A DNA stretch of 64,000 nt from a virus: positions 1 through 64,000 of the IMG/VR virus record IMGVR_UViG_3300032018_000001; one strand, given 5' to 3'. The stretch's first letter is position 1. Every line of letters begins with the position of its first letter. The notes beneath the pieces were generated by a model. The model made no database searches. It worked only from the letters and a program-made list of their open reading frames with translations, and had not been told where the DNA came from. The position numbers were made by a program, and so were the translations under genes. Below, in pieces: positions 35,713 through 44,181 of this stretch.

Positions 35713-36249
35713 ATGCTTAGGATTACACTCGCAGAAGCTGCGGAATTTCTTGGATACGATACGCCGTGGGTTTATAATACGCTGCCCAAAGTAGGCTACG
35801 GTGGAACGAAGGTCTTCCTGGGGATAACGGAGATGACCGCACTATTTTCTTTCTCTTTCATGGCCAAGAGTTACGAGCTTTATCCATACAATTTCATTGT
35901 CAATAAAAAATTCTTATCCCTGGTGGCAAAGAACACAGTAGCGGAGATGAGCGACTATGCGCATACACAGGAAGACCTGCATGACATTGTTTTCGCTCTC
36001 AAGGTTGTTAAGACTAACATCCGGGTGTTCAATCTCATGTCCTACGTTTACCGGAAGGTGGATTCCTCCTGCGGAGACTGGAGAAAGACGTTCAAGGAGG
36101 ATGTTTTCTCCCGCATGGCCAAGCTCTTTGTCCAGAAGAAAATTACCTATCTGGAGTTCAACCCGGACGGTCTTTTCATGAAGAACAAAGAGCTGGAAGC
36201 GGAGATAATCACCGGTCTACAACAAGAGCTTGTGGGTAAGAATACATAA
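35713..36249 (+). CDS. Hypothetical protein with N-terminal HTH-like segment
   Basis: ITLAEAAEFLGY..WVY; downstream of CGTATTAAT. Confidence 0.6.
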   Translation: MLRITLAEAAEFLGYDTPWVYNTLPKVGYGGTKVFLGITEMTALFSFSFMAKSYELYPYNFIVNKKFLSLVAKNTVAEMSDYAHTQEDLHDIVFALKVVKTNIRVFNLMSYVYRKVDSSCGDWRKTFKEDVFSRMAKLFVQKKITYLEFNPDGLFMKNKELEAEIITGLQQELVGKNT

Positions 36250-36290
36250 GCAACTAGGTAATGTGATAGATTAATTTTCAAATTTTTTAC

Positions 36291-36320
36291 TTGACTTCCG
36301 TACTCCCTATGACTTATATT
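36291..36320 (+). promoter_or_regulatory. Sigma70-type promoter
   Basis: TTGACT-N18-TATATT with AT-rich upstream tract. Confidence 0.65.
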
Positions 36321-36360
36321 ACTACTAATAAATTTATAGGTAATTTTTCAGGAGGTAAAG

Positions 36361-36960
36361 ATGGTGGCAGAGTCAAGAGCTTCCAGGATTGCTGTGCAGA
36401 GACAACCAAACGAAGACCCGTGGGCTTTTATTTGGAAAAACTTTTACGGTTTGGCAGTGTACTACTCCTTAATCTATGCCCGGAAGACAAAACACTGGGA
36501 GCTTAAGGACGATTTCAGAAACGAAATGCTTTACGCGATGGTCGATGCTTACACAAAATACCGTGACCGGCCGCTGAGCGAGCAGGTCAAAATCTTCAAG
36601 ACAATCCCTTTCAACTACTACTCCTCACGCCTTGACCGAAAATGGATGACACTGGAGCATGTGCCCATTGAGAACAAGGCCATTGTGGAAGATGAGGACA
36701 GGTTCAGGAGCCTGTACGATGCTTACTATGAAGAATTCCTGGATACTCATTACCGGCTGAACGTGGATGAAGACACGGATGAGAAGATGGTGCTAATGCA
36801 GATTCTTTATCCGTCAAAGGAGTTTCAGGACTTCATTGAGGGCGAGAAAGACCGGCATCAGATGACCAAAGCTATGCTCAGGAAATTTTTCTGCCAGAAA
36901 TACAAATGGAGTAGCAAGTACTTTGATGAGGTATTCGCCAATGTCAAAATCGCCGCTTAA
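36361..36960 (+). CDS. Hypothetical protein, possibly a phage sigma-like factor
   Basis: AGGAGGT RBS; ELKDDFRNE...AY.KY region-2-like segment and C-terminal helical segment. Confidence 0.45.
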   Translation: MVAESRASRIAVQRQPNEDPWAFIWKNFYGLAVYYSLIYARKTKHWELKDDFRNEMLYAMVDAYTKYRDRPLSEQVKIFKTIPFNYYSSRLDRKWMTLEHVPIENKAIVEDEDRFRSLYDAYYEEFLDTHYRLNVDEDTDEKMVLMQILYPSKEFQDFIEGEKDRHQMTKAMLRKFFCQKYKWSSKYFDEVFANVKIAA

Positions 36961-37123
36961 AAAATGCCGCTTTGAGGGCTGCAAGAAGAAAGAATCTGAT
37001 GCTTTTGATTTGCGTGTGGAGGGTAAGCATATCCCTCTTTGCGAAGAACACGGGGAGTACACCATGCAGAAGATGCTGCTGGATAATCCTAGCGCAGTTG
37101 TTTCAACAAAAGTAGTGCATTAA
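36941..37123 (+). CDS. Small zinc-binding protein
   Basis: CRFEGC...LCEEH. Confidence 0.55.
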   Translation: MSKSPLKKCRFEGCKKKESDAFDLRVEGKHIPLCEEHGEYTMQKMLLDNPSAVVSTKVVH

Positions 37124-37126
37124 ACC

Positions 37127-37231
37127 GGGGAGATGGTGAAACTGGCAGACACACTGTACGGGTCGCAACCGTTGGCGCGTGATGACGCAACACAGAACAT
37201 CACATTGAAGGTTCGACTCCTTCTCTCCCCA
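37127..37231 (+). tRNA. Atypical tRNA-like RNA (105 nt): canonical acceptor, D and T arms; remodelled anticodon/variable region; identity undetermined
   Basis: GGGGAGA/TCTCCCC-A acceptor; GTG-AAACTGGCAGA-CAC D arm; GAAGG-TTCGACT-CCTTC T arm; no encoded CCA. Confidence 0.75.
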
Positions 37232-37250
37232 GCTTAATGCACGGTCAATA

Positions 37251-37439
37251 ATGAAAAATATAAAACTTAATTACTCTGCTATTATCAGCTTTTCAAATAA
37301 AGGCCCGCAGGGTGAGCCGGTCAATATTAACAAGCCCGGTGCTGCATATTTGAAGAAGGCAAAAGCCTGGGCCAAGAAAAATAAGCGGACGTTCCGCGAT
37401 AATTTTGCATTGGTTTTGGCCTATACTTTTGAGACATAG
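37251..37439 (+). CDS. Small basic hypothetical protein
   Basis: ORF. Confidence 0.45.
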   Translation: MKNIKLNYSAIISFSNKGPQGEPVNINKPGAAYLKKAKAWAKKNKRTFRDNFALVLAYTFET

Positions 37440-37517
37440 CATGCTAATAAAGGTTTTTGTTCGTATTAATGTGTTATAGGTATAGCATACTAAGGTAAAC
37501 TTTAAGGGAGGGTACTA

Positions 37518-38222
37518 ATGGATAAGAAGCTGCTGCTGCCTGAGATTGAAAAGATTAAAATTAGACATCCACGAGCCGCGGATTTCATGGCGAAGATTTC
37601 CCGGCATGATGACTGCTTCGCTTTGAACAATGACCCGAAAAGCGAAGACTGCCTGCGTTGCATTCTCCGGGTGGAGTATGACGGCCAGGAAATGAGCATG
37701 TCTGAGTGCTGCAAAAAATTCATGAAGATGTCCGTAACCGAAAAACCAAAAGGAGAACCTGTGGCCGAAAAGAAAGAAGAAAAAGCCAAAGATGCGCCTG
37801 CAGAAAATGCTGCAGCCGCTGAAAAACCTGCGGAGAAAACAGAAGCTGCGCCCAAAGAGGAAAAGAAAGAACAGCCCAAGCCCCCGGCCAAAAAAGCCGC
37901 TGCTCCCAAAGCCGAAAAGAAAGCCCCGGAACCGGCCGCGCCCAAAGCCGAAAAGAAGCCCCCGGCCAAAAAAGCCGCTGCTCCCAGAGCTGAAAAGAAG
38001 GCCCCTGTCAAGAAGGCGGATAAGAACAGCGTGGAAGGTCTGGGCAGCTGTCAGCTCACAATCCTGAACATGGTGAAAAAGAAAAGCATGACGCAGGGTG
38101 ACATTGCCGACAAGCTGAAAATCAAAGGCCCTACGGCCAACATTGCCCTAGGAAAGCTGATGAAAAAAGGATTCATTACCCGCGTCCCTGAAGGGAGAGG
38201 ATTCTTGTACTCTTCCAAATAA
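37518..38222 (+). CDS. Histone H1-like/MarR-type DNA-binding protein: Cys domain, K/A/P-rich linker, winged helix
   Basis: KPPAKKAAAPKAEKK repeats; MTQGDIADKLKIKGPTANIALGKLMKKGFITR. Confidence 0.75.
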   Translation: MDKKLLLPEIEKIKIRHPRAADFMAKISRHDDCFALNNDPKSEDCLRCILRVEYDGQEMSMSECCKKFMKMSVTEKPKGEPVAEKKEEKAKDAPAENAAAAEKPAEKTEAAPKEEKKEQPKPPAKKAAAPKAEKKAPEPAAPKAEKKPPAKKAAAPRAEKKAPVKKADKNSVEGLGSCQLTILNMVKKKSMTQGDIADKLKIKGPTANIALGKLMKKGFITRVPEGRGFLYSSK

Positions 38223-38251
38223 ATAACCGGCCAGTATTTATCCTAATTGTC

Positions 38252-38282
38252 AAGCCCCAGCCTTAATCGGCTGGGGCTTTTT
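38252..38282 (+). terminator. Rho-independent terminator
   Basis: AAGCCCCAGCC-ttaatc-GGCTGGGGCTTTTT. Confidence 0.9.
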
Positions 38283-38334
38283 GTTATAAGTCATTGATTT
38301 TTATACCTTTATAACTATAAAGAAAAAAGTATAT

Positions 38335-38378
38335 AATCTTACTTTTAACTTGCATTCCTGATTGTATTACATTATATT
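38335..38378 (+). promoter_or_regulatory. Early sigma70-type promoter, repeat copy 1
   Basis: TTGCAT-N17-TATATT; shared AATCTTACTTTT and TCCTGATTG. Confidence 0.85.
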
Positions 38379-38397
38379 TAATACTGGAGGGGGAGCT

Positions 38398-38850
38398 ATG
38401 AAAAAGATTTCGGTTCCCAGAAACATGAGAAGCAGCGAGCGGCTGCTGAGCTTTTTGCCTTGGTGCAAGGAGTGGGAGCTGAGCGGGTATCTTGGTAAGA
38501 GCGGAATTCTTTATGAGGTGGGCGGGAAGCGCGAGAGTCGCGCTTTCAACAAAGAGGTTGTGTTTCACTCTCACCCTAAGAGCAAAAACGCCAATGTTCC
38601 TTCTCCCGCGGATGTCATGAAGTTTGCTTACCTGAGCCGGGCCAAAGTTTCAATCGTGGTTTGCCCGGATTGCTTTGTGGTCATGGCCAAGGGGCCACGT
38701 TTCAATCCTGAAAAATACAACCCGGAGTTTGATGCTGTTTCCCTGATGTGGAATTCCGGTAAGATAGACGGCCGCTGGATTAAAAATTGGAAGCGGGCCG
38801 TGGTTGACCTGGGAATGAAAGTTGACCTTTATGGTCGGGAGAGTGCCTAA
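38398..38850 (+). CDS. JAB/MPN(JAMM)-like metalloprotein
   Basis: WELSG..FHSHP-x8-SPAD..SIVV. Confidence 0.6.
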   Translation: MKKISVPRNMRSSERLLSFLPWCKEWELSGYLGKSGILYEVGGKRESRAFNKEVVFHSHPKSKNANVPSPADVMKFAYLSRAKVSIVVCPDCFVVMAKGPRFNPEKYNPEFDAVSLMWNSGKIDGRWIKNWKRAVVDLGMKVDLYGRESA

Positions 38851-38996
38851 TGAGTATCACATTTCAAGATTTCATGCGTTTGCAGGTCATGGGTATTGAA
38901 CTATACGCCCAACGCAATAAAAAACCTGCTTCTGTGGTGGCCGGGGAATGGATTCAAAAGTACGCGGTGAGTTTTAGAAATCTCTTTAAAAATTAA
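38850..38996 (+). CDS. Small early protein (48 aa)
   Basis: TAATG coupling; EWIQKYA..FR. Confidence 0.55.
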   Translation: MSITFQDFMRLQVMGIELYAQRNKKPASVVAGEWIQKYAVSFRNLFKN

Positions 38997-39075
38997 AAGG
39001 TAGAGCGTATGAAAAACAGGAAAAAGTGTAACGGCAGGTGCTCAAAGTGTCTCGGATGTGGCAGGGTGTGTTAAT

Positions 39076-39131
39076 AAAAAGATAAATAATCTTACTTTTT
39101 ACTTGCATTCCTGATTGTAATTGATTATCTT
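39076..39131 (+). promoter_or_regulatory. Early sigma70-type promoter, repeat copy 2
   Basis: TTGCAT-N17-TATCTT; near-identical to copy 3 over ~55 bp. Confidence 0.85.
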
Positions 39132-39155
39132 ATTACTGTGAGAGAGAAAGAACAA

Positions 39156-39290
39156 ATGATGGACTTCTACAAACGGCAATGTGAATACTTCCTGCAGCAT
39201 GCAGCAGGCCTTCAGGATGTTGCCAGAGACTTTATGCTGCGGTGGGCAGAAGAGAGCGCCCTGAAGTATATGGAATTTAAACTTAACTAA
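39156..39290 (+). CDS. Small early protein (44 aa)
   Basis: First ORF after the promoter. Confidence 0.45.
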   Translation: MMDFYKRQCEYFLQHAAGLQDVARDFMLRWAEESALKYMEFKLN

Positions 39291-39293
39291 GAG

Positions 39294-39605
39294 GTGAGTA
39301 TGATGCTCTTAACGAAAGAAATTCTGGCCAAGCTGCCTCCTATCAAGGGCCAGGAAGTAAAAGGTGAAGACGCAGTGGCTTTTGTCAAATTCTTTACCCC
39401 GGACTCAAACTGGACTTGGTACGCTACGGAATATGACCCGGCTGAGGGCCTGTTCTTCGGGCTGGTGCAGGGGTTTGAAGAGGAGCTGGGTTACTTCTCG
39501 CTGGCGGAGCTGAAAGTGGCGCGGCGCGGGCCTATGGGACTGGCCATTGAGCGCGACAAATGGTACAGTCCTAAACCAATCAAAGAATTAAGGAGGGCGG
39601 CATGA
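39294..39605 (+). CDS. DUF2958-family protein
   Basis: KFFTPDSNWTWYATE..FFGLVQGFEEELGYFSLAEL..IERD. Confidence 0.85.
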   Translation: MSMMLLTKEILAKLPPIKGQEVKGEDAVAFVKFFTPDSNWTWYATEYDPAEGLFFGLVQGFEEELGYFSLAELKVARRGPMGLAIERDKWYSPKPIKELRRAA

Positions 39606-40018
39606 GTGGTATGGTATTTCCTGCTGAATGGAAACTGAGTTTTGAAAAGCCTAATGTCTGGAGTCGAAAAAAGAAATATGTCCGTTTCAATGCTTGGCGC
39701 GGGCAAGAAGAGCCTGTTTACGCCGTAGCAGGGGCCAATGATACGGGCATGAGCAGCGATTCTCCGTGTCCCTCTGATGTATGCAAGGCTGAGCTTGGCA
39801 TGGTTAAGCAGGTGCTGAAGGAAAACAACATCCCAGCGCGTATGGCTACGGGCCAGTCATCCAATGTCTTTTGCTTGTGTCGCTACTTGATTGTTCCGGT
39901 TAATCTGGTGGAAGCTGCCCGTGGTATCCTTAGCTTCTGGTATCAAACTGAAGGAAGATGGAGTACGCGACTACTATACTTGTGCAGTTCTCCGGTTTCT
40001 CTGGTTAAGGCAGCATAA
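39602..40018 (+). CDS. Hypothetical early protein
   Basis: AGGAGG RBS; ATGA coupling. Confidence 0.65.
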   Translation: MSGMVFPAEWKLSFEKPNVWSRKKKYVRFNAWRGQEEPVYAVAGANDTGMSSDSPCPSDVCKAELGMVKQVLKENNIPARMATGQSSNVFCLCRYLIVPVNLVEAARGILSFWYQTEGRWSTRLLYLCSSPVSLVKAA

Positions 40019-40020
40019 AG

Positions 40021-40076
40021 AAAAAGATAAATAATCTTACTTTTCACTTGCATTCCTGATTGTAATTGATTATATT
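40021..40076 (+). promoter_or_regulatory. Early sigma70-type promoter, repeat copy 3
   Basis: TTGCAT-N17-TATATT. Confidence 0.85.
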
Positions 40077-40100
40077 AGTAATGTAGGGAAAGGAGTTAAG

Positions 40101-40262
40101 ATGAGCGAGAAAAAGAAACTGAGTCAGAGCTGGTGCCGGTGCAAAGAAGACAAGCTCGCGCTGGGAGAGTTCATTTACAAGGAAGACGGAAAGTGCGAGT
40201 GCGGAATTGAGATGCATCATTACCATTGCGAGTCCTGCGGCGGCGTTCTTCAAATCGGGTAA
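40101..40262 (+). CDS. Small Cys/His-rich metal-binding protein (not in the ORF track)
   Basis: AAGGAG RBS; WCRC..CECG..HHYHCESCG. Confidence 0.7.
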   Translation: MSEKKKLSQSWCRCKEDKLALGEFIYKEDGKCECGIEMHHYHCESCGGVLQIG

Positions 40263-40271
40263 GGAGAGACT

Positions 40272-40529
40272 ATGAGACTTCACAAAGAAAAAGTCATGAG
40301 TGTCAACGGCATACTGTGCAACGTCATCATGGATAAGGGGCCGGGCCGCGATAGCCTGGACATCATACCTTTTGTTTCACGGAAGATTTGGGAACTGGGC
40401 CTTGGCAATCTGGAGCCTATTTGGAAATCAGCCAGGGAGCTTATGGATGCGCCGTACTGCGCGGAACGAAAACTGGATAATGGAATAGTAATCTACAATT
40501 CATACTTATGTGCAAAGGAGGCTGCATAA
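40272..40529 (+). CDS. Hypothetical early protein
   Basis: AGGAG RBS. Confidence 0.6.
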   Translation: MRLHKEKVMSVNGILCNVIMDKGPGRDSLDIIPFVSRKIWELGLGNLEPIWKSARELMDAPYCAERKLDNGIVIYNSYLCAKEAA

Positions 40530-40659
40530 TGGCAAGTAACGCTGTGGCTGAAAAAGCTGAAAAGTTTGACCTTGTGTTCCTGGGAGCCTATGATTCTGGG
40601 ATTGTACCAGGGAGACGGAATCTGCATGGGTTGCGGTAGGAAAGTATAAAATAAGTATT

Positions 40660-40700
40660 TTCACTTTTTACTTGCAATCCTGATTGAATAGAATTATATT
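40660..40700 (+). promoter_or_regulatory. Early sigma70-type promoter, repeat copy 4 (diverged)
   Basis: TTGCAA-N17-TATATT with TCCTGATTG. Confidence 0.8.
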
Positions 40701-40732
40701 ACTGGTAAGCAATAAAACTTAAGGAGGGTAAG

Positions 40733-41746
40733 ATGTCAAATGCAAAGATGGTCAGTCTGAAAAGTACCCGCTTCGCGTCCCTGGAGCAGGCAGAAGAGTA
40801 TGTCAACCGGTTTTCTATTACGGATAAGGTTGTCGCGTGCCGGGACATGCAGTTCAAAAACGGCCTCATCCAAATCGGCAACCAGGAAATGCCTTTTACG
40901 GCGAATGGCTGGCGGGCGTTCCTCAGTGAAGTCGTGCCGGGTGCGAGTCGCTTCCTGAATTCGGAAGACTGCCCTCAGGATTTGGCGGAGCAGGTTGTGA
41001 ATCGCATGCTATCGGAAAAGTCCGACATGAAGCGCATGGTGCGAATCGAACAGGACAACGGCGCTCAGCCGTACCTCAAAGCATTCCTTTCGGAAGGATA
41101 CCGGCCGTACAATAACAAGCAGTTTGTGGCCGAAATAAAAAAGAACATCGCAGGCAAGGAAGACGAATTCAAGGTGCTGCGTCCCAGCGTGAGCGGCGGA
41201 ACATTCTCGGTGAACCTGCTGAATCACAAGCAGAAGATTACTCTGCAGGACGGTGAGAAAAACCGTAGCATCTTCCTGGGCGTGAATTACCGGAACGGCG
41301 AAGACGGAGGAGCCTCTGTGTCGCGCCTGCCTTTCAGCTTTGACCGCTTCTGCGAGAACGGTACTATCTTCGGCAGGAAATTCATTGAAGCTGTGGCGAA
41401 GCGTGTTGTCCACCGTGGCGCTGACATCGCGGACAGGGTGCTGGAAATTATCGGCAAGGCGGACAATTCCGCGCTGGACGTTCTCCGGAAATCGTATGTC
41501 AATTTGATGAATACCATGATGACTCAGCTTTATTTCAAGCATGTCGCGGAGCGGGCTATCTATCCCATGAAGGTCATGCCTCAGCGGGATTTCATTGAGG
41601 CAATCCCTTTTGACGGGAGCGAGAGTCGCTTTGGCTTCTTCAACCGGATTAACGAGTATGCTCATACGGGCAACCATGACGAAGAGAAACGCATGGAGTT
41701 TGAGCGGCTGGCCGGGATGGTTGTGGAGGAGAATCTGATTTCCTAA
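40733..41746 (+). CDS. DUF932/DUF945-like protein
   Basis: AFLSEGY..YNN; NGEDG..S; DRFCENG (RxxCxNG motif). Confidence 0.7.
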   Translation: MSNAKMVSLKSTRFASLEQAEEYVNRFSITDKVVACRDMQFKNGLIQIGNQEMPFTANGWRAFLSEVVPGASRFLNSEDCPQDLAEQVVNRMLSEKSDMKRMVRIEQDNGAQPYLKAFLSEGYRPYNNKQFVAEIKKNIAGKEDEFKVLRPSVSGGTFSVNLLNHKQKITLQDGEKNRSIFLGVNYRNGEDGGASVSRLPFSFDRFCENGTIFGRKFIEAVAKRVVHRGADIADRVLEIIGKADNSALDVLRKSYVNLMNTMMTQLYFKHVAERAIYPMKVMPQRDFIEAIPFDGSESRFGFFNRINEYAHTGNHDEEKRMEFERLAGMVVEENLIS

Positions 41747-41762
41747 TCCTAACTCCTGAAAC

Positions 41763-41790
41763 AAAGCCCCAGAGAAATCTGGGGCTTTTT
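41763..41790 (+). terminator. Rho-independent terminator
   Basis: AAAGCCCCAGA-gaaa-TCTGGGGCTTTTT. Confidence 0.92.
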
Positions 41791-41867
41791 CTTTTTGTCC
41801 GTATTAATATGACAGGAGCATTAGTCAGAAGCTAAGAGCGCCTGCTACAGAAGAAACAAGAAAGAAG

Positions 41868-42110
41868 ATGATTATCGCTTTAAAGAGAGTAATTCATACG
41901 CCAGCGTGGTGTGCTAAAATAAGTGCCGCATTAAAAGGTAAGAAGAAATCCCCAGAGCATGCAGCAAAGTGTAGAACATTTAATTTAGGAAAGCATCACA
42001 CGGAGGCCACAAAGAGACACTTATCAAGAGTTATGATGGGAAGATTCGTTAGTTCAGAAACGAAAGAAAAGCAGCGGTATGCTGCTCTTAAAAGAAAGCG
42101 TTGTGCTTAA
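41868..42110 (+). CDS. NUMOD3-repeat DNA-binding protein (homing endonuclease remnant)
   Basis: HTPAWCAKISAALKGKKKSPEH; GKHHTEATKRHLS; SSETKEKQR. Confidence 0.75.
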   Translation: MIIALKRVIHTPAWCAKISAALKGKKKSPEHAAKCRTFNLGKHHTEATKRHLSRVMMGRFVSSETKEKQRYAALKRKRCA

Positions 42111-42132
42111 TAATATTTATGGGAGGATTACT

Positions 42133-43455
42133 GTGAAAAAATTGGCAATACTTACTGATTTCGTTGGTTACTTGGAATCCTACTCAATCGCGCAGATTGT
42201 TAGGCAGCAGATGCGGATGCTGAAGCAGAACGGTTACAAGTTCAGATTCATTCAGCGGACAACTGACATTGCAGAATGGGAAAAATATACCGATGATATT
42301 TGTGTCATTCCCGATTACATCTGCGGCAACCGCGGAGAAACAGAGGACATTCTTAAGCGCACTGGAAAAAGCTGGGCGGAGCTGGTAAAAGAAACCTATG
42401 ATGCCCTGGAGCTTCACCTGAAGGATATGGACATTGTGATTACGCATGACCTTATTTATCAGTCCTGCGATAATATTCAGGATGAGGCGGCAGCGCTTTA
42501 TGCAAAAAATCATCCTAATGTTTTATGGTTGCATTGGGTACACTCTGCTTCTAACCCGGCCGGGCTTAACAAGCAGGTAGGAAAAAACGTGTATGCAAAT
42601 TCTTTTGTCATATACCCTAACCAACGTGATATTTTCAAGGTTGTTGCTAATCTTAAAGTTCCGCCTGAGAAGGTCAAGGTTGTTCCGCATGCTATGGATT
42701 ACGTTGACTTCTTCGACATGCATCCTATCACGGAAAAAATAATAGAGTCCACCGGAATCATGGAAGCAGATGTAGTATGCTGCTATCCGCTGCGCCTGGA
42801 CAGAGGAAAGCAACCCGAATTCTGCATCAAGATTATGAATCAGATACGTGACCATTTCAAACGCAAGATTCAGTTGGTCTTTGTTGACTTCCAATCCACA
42901 GGCGGCGATAAGGTAAACTACCGGGAAGAGCTTATAGCAATGGCTGCTTCCTATGGCTGGCAGGATGATGAGCTCATTTTCATGTCCCAGTTTCATCCGG
43001 ACTGTTTCATGCAGACTCCCAAAAAAGTTATTCGGGATTTGTTCCTGTTGTCAAATGTTTACATTCACCCCAGCAAAAGCGAAACGTACTCATTGACAAC
43101 GCAGGAAGCGCGGGCCTGCAAAAACATGCTAGTGTTGAATTTCGATTTCCCGGCAATGAGGGCTATGTACGGGGAAGACCCTATTTACCGTAAGTTCAGC
43201 TCCAATACTTGCATTGTGGAGGATAACCCTAACCCGAATACAGCAACACAGACCGGTTACGTTCGGGGTGTTGATAATTACTGCATGGAGATAGCCGGGA
43301 GAATTTTATATTATCTTGATAAGCAGGCTGTGGTTAAGATGTCTGATGAAACAAGAAAAAATAAAAACCTGCAAACGGTTTTTAAGCGTCATATAGAACC
43401 TTTACTTTTTGGTGCCAAAGATGATAATCAGCAAGCCCCCCAGCAAGGCGTATGA
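42133..43455 (+). CDS. GT4-like (GT-B) glycosyltransferase
   Basis: ITHD, HWVHS, RLDRGK, IHPSKSETYSLTTQEA; GGGAGG RBS with GTG start. Confidence 0.8.
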   Translation: MKKLAILTDFVGYLESYSIAQIVRQQMRMLKQNGYKFRFIQRTTDIAEWEKYTDDICVIPDYICGNRGETEDILKRTGKSWAELVKETYDALELHLKDMDIVITHDLIYQSCDNIQDEAAALYAKNHPNVLWLHWVHSASNPAGLNKQVGKNVYANSFVIYPNQRDIFKVVANLKVPPEKVKVVPHAMDYVDFFDMHPITEKIIESTGIMEADVVCCYPLRLDRGKQPEFCIKIMNQIRDHFKRKIQLVFVDFQSTGGDKVNYREELIAMAASYGWQDDELIFMSQFHPDCFMQTPKKVIRDLFLLSNVYIHPSKSETYSLTTQEARACKNMLVLNFDFPAMRAMYGEDPIYRKFSSNTCIVEDNPNPNTATQTGYVRGVDNYCMEIAGRILYYLDKQAVVKMSDETRKNKNLQTVFKRHIEPLLFGAKDDNQQAPQQGV

Positions 43456-43709
43456 TGAATTCTGTGCGCGAGCTTTTGGTAAACCTGTGGAGCAAACAAA
43501 GCCAGAAGAAAAACCGGCTGCTCCTGAAGAGGAAAACCGTGACCTTCTCAGCGCTCGCATGCGTATTGCACGGGGTGAGCTCAGGCCCCCAGGACGATAA
43601 TGAGTTCAGGAATTGACTTTGGGTTTTTTATAGATAGGATGTCGGTAGCCGCGGAAGAGGCAAAAGTTCTTAGTGAACAATCACAAGGATTACTACTGAC
43701 TGCGCTTTG

Positions 43710-44181
43710 TTGTAAGCAATAACATTTTGCCGCAAGGCAAAGAAACGCATGTTTCACATTCGGAGGAAAAGATGAAAGCAAAAAGTCAGAAGAAATCGCC
43801 CCTATCTTGCAAGCTCCGTGGCGATAAAGTTGTAATCGAAATTGGAATTGATACGCTTGCCTTTGCTTTTGAAGAAAGCGAATACAATAATCCTTTTGAT
43901 GTTACCCAAAACAAACACGTTCGCACAGACACCATCGCTTTCAAAAAAGAGTTTGCCAGGGATGTCGTAAACGAAATCAACGATGAAGAGGAAGACGGCT
44001 CAACTTTGCTTACTGGGCTATTTGACAAGGCAACAGAAAGAGCCGTTGAAAACGGAAGTCTTGGAATCAGAGAAATTTAAGAGCGCAAAATGTTAAAGCA
44101 CACAACAATCGTATGGGGTTTCGTAGCCAAGGCTACTCAAGGCAAATTGCCTGCTGGCAACAACTTCCCCATACTTTCCCG
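43710..44181 (+). mobile_element. Integron-type gene cassette (472 bp) with attC-like site at 44098-44187
   Basis: G|TTGTAAGC left junction; GCACACAAC-aatc-GTATGGGG..CCCCATAC-tttccc-G|TT right end. Confidence 0.65.
43772..44080 (+). CDS. Cassette-borne hypothetical protein
   Basis: GGAGG RBS; VIEIGIDTLAFA..FARDVVNEI..EEEDGST. Confidence 0.75.
   Translation: MKAKSQKKSPLSCKLRGDKVVIEIGIDTLAFAFEESEYNNPFDVTQNKHVRTDTIAFKKEFARDVVNEINDEEEDGSTLLTGLFDKATERAVENGSLGIREI

Noticed and set aside
38335-40700. Repeated ~50-bp sequences as a possible CRISPR array
   Set aside because: Spacing is 600-950 bp with genes in between, and the repeats are -35/-10 promoters; no cas genes or regular spacers in the window
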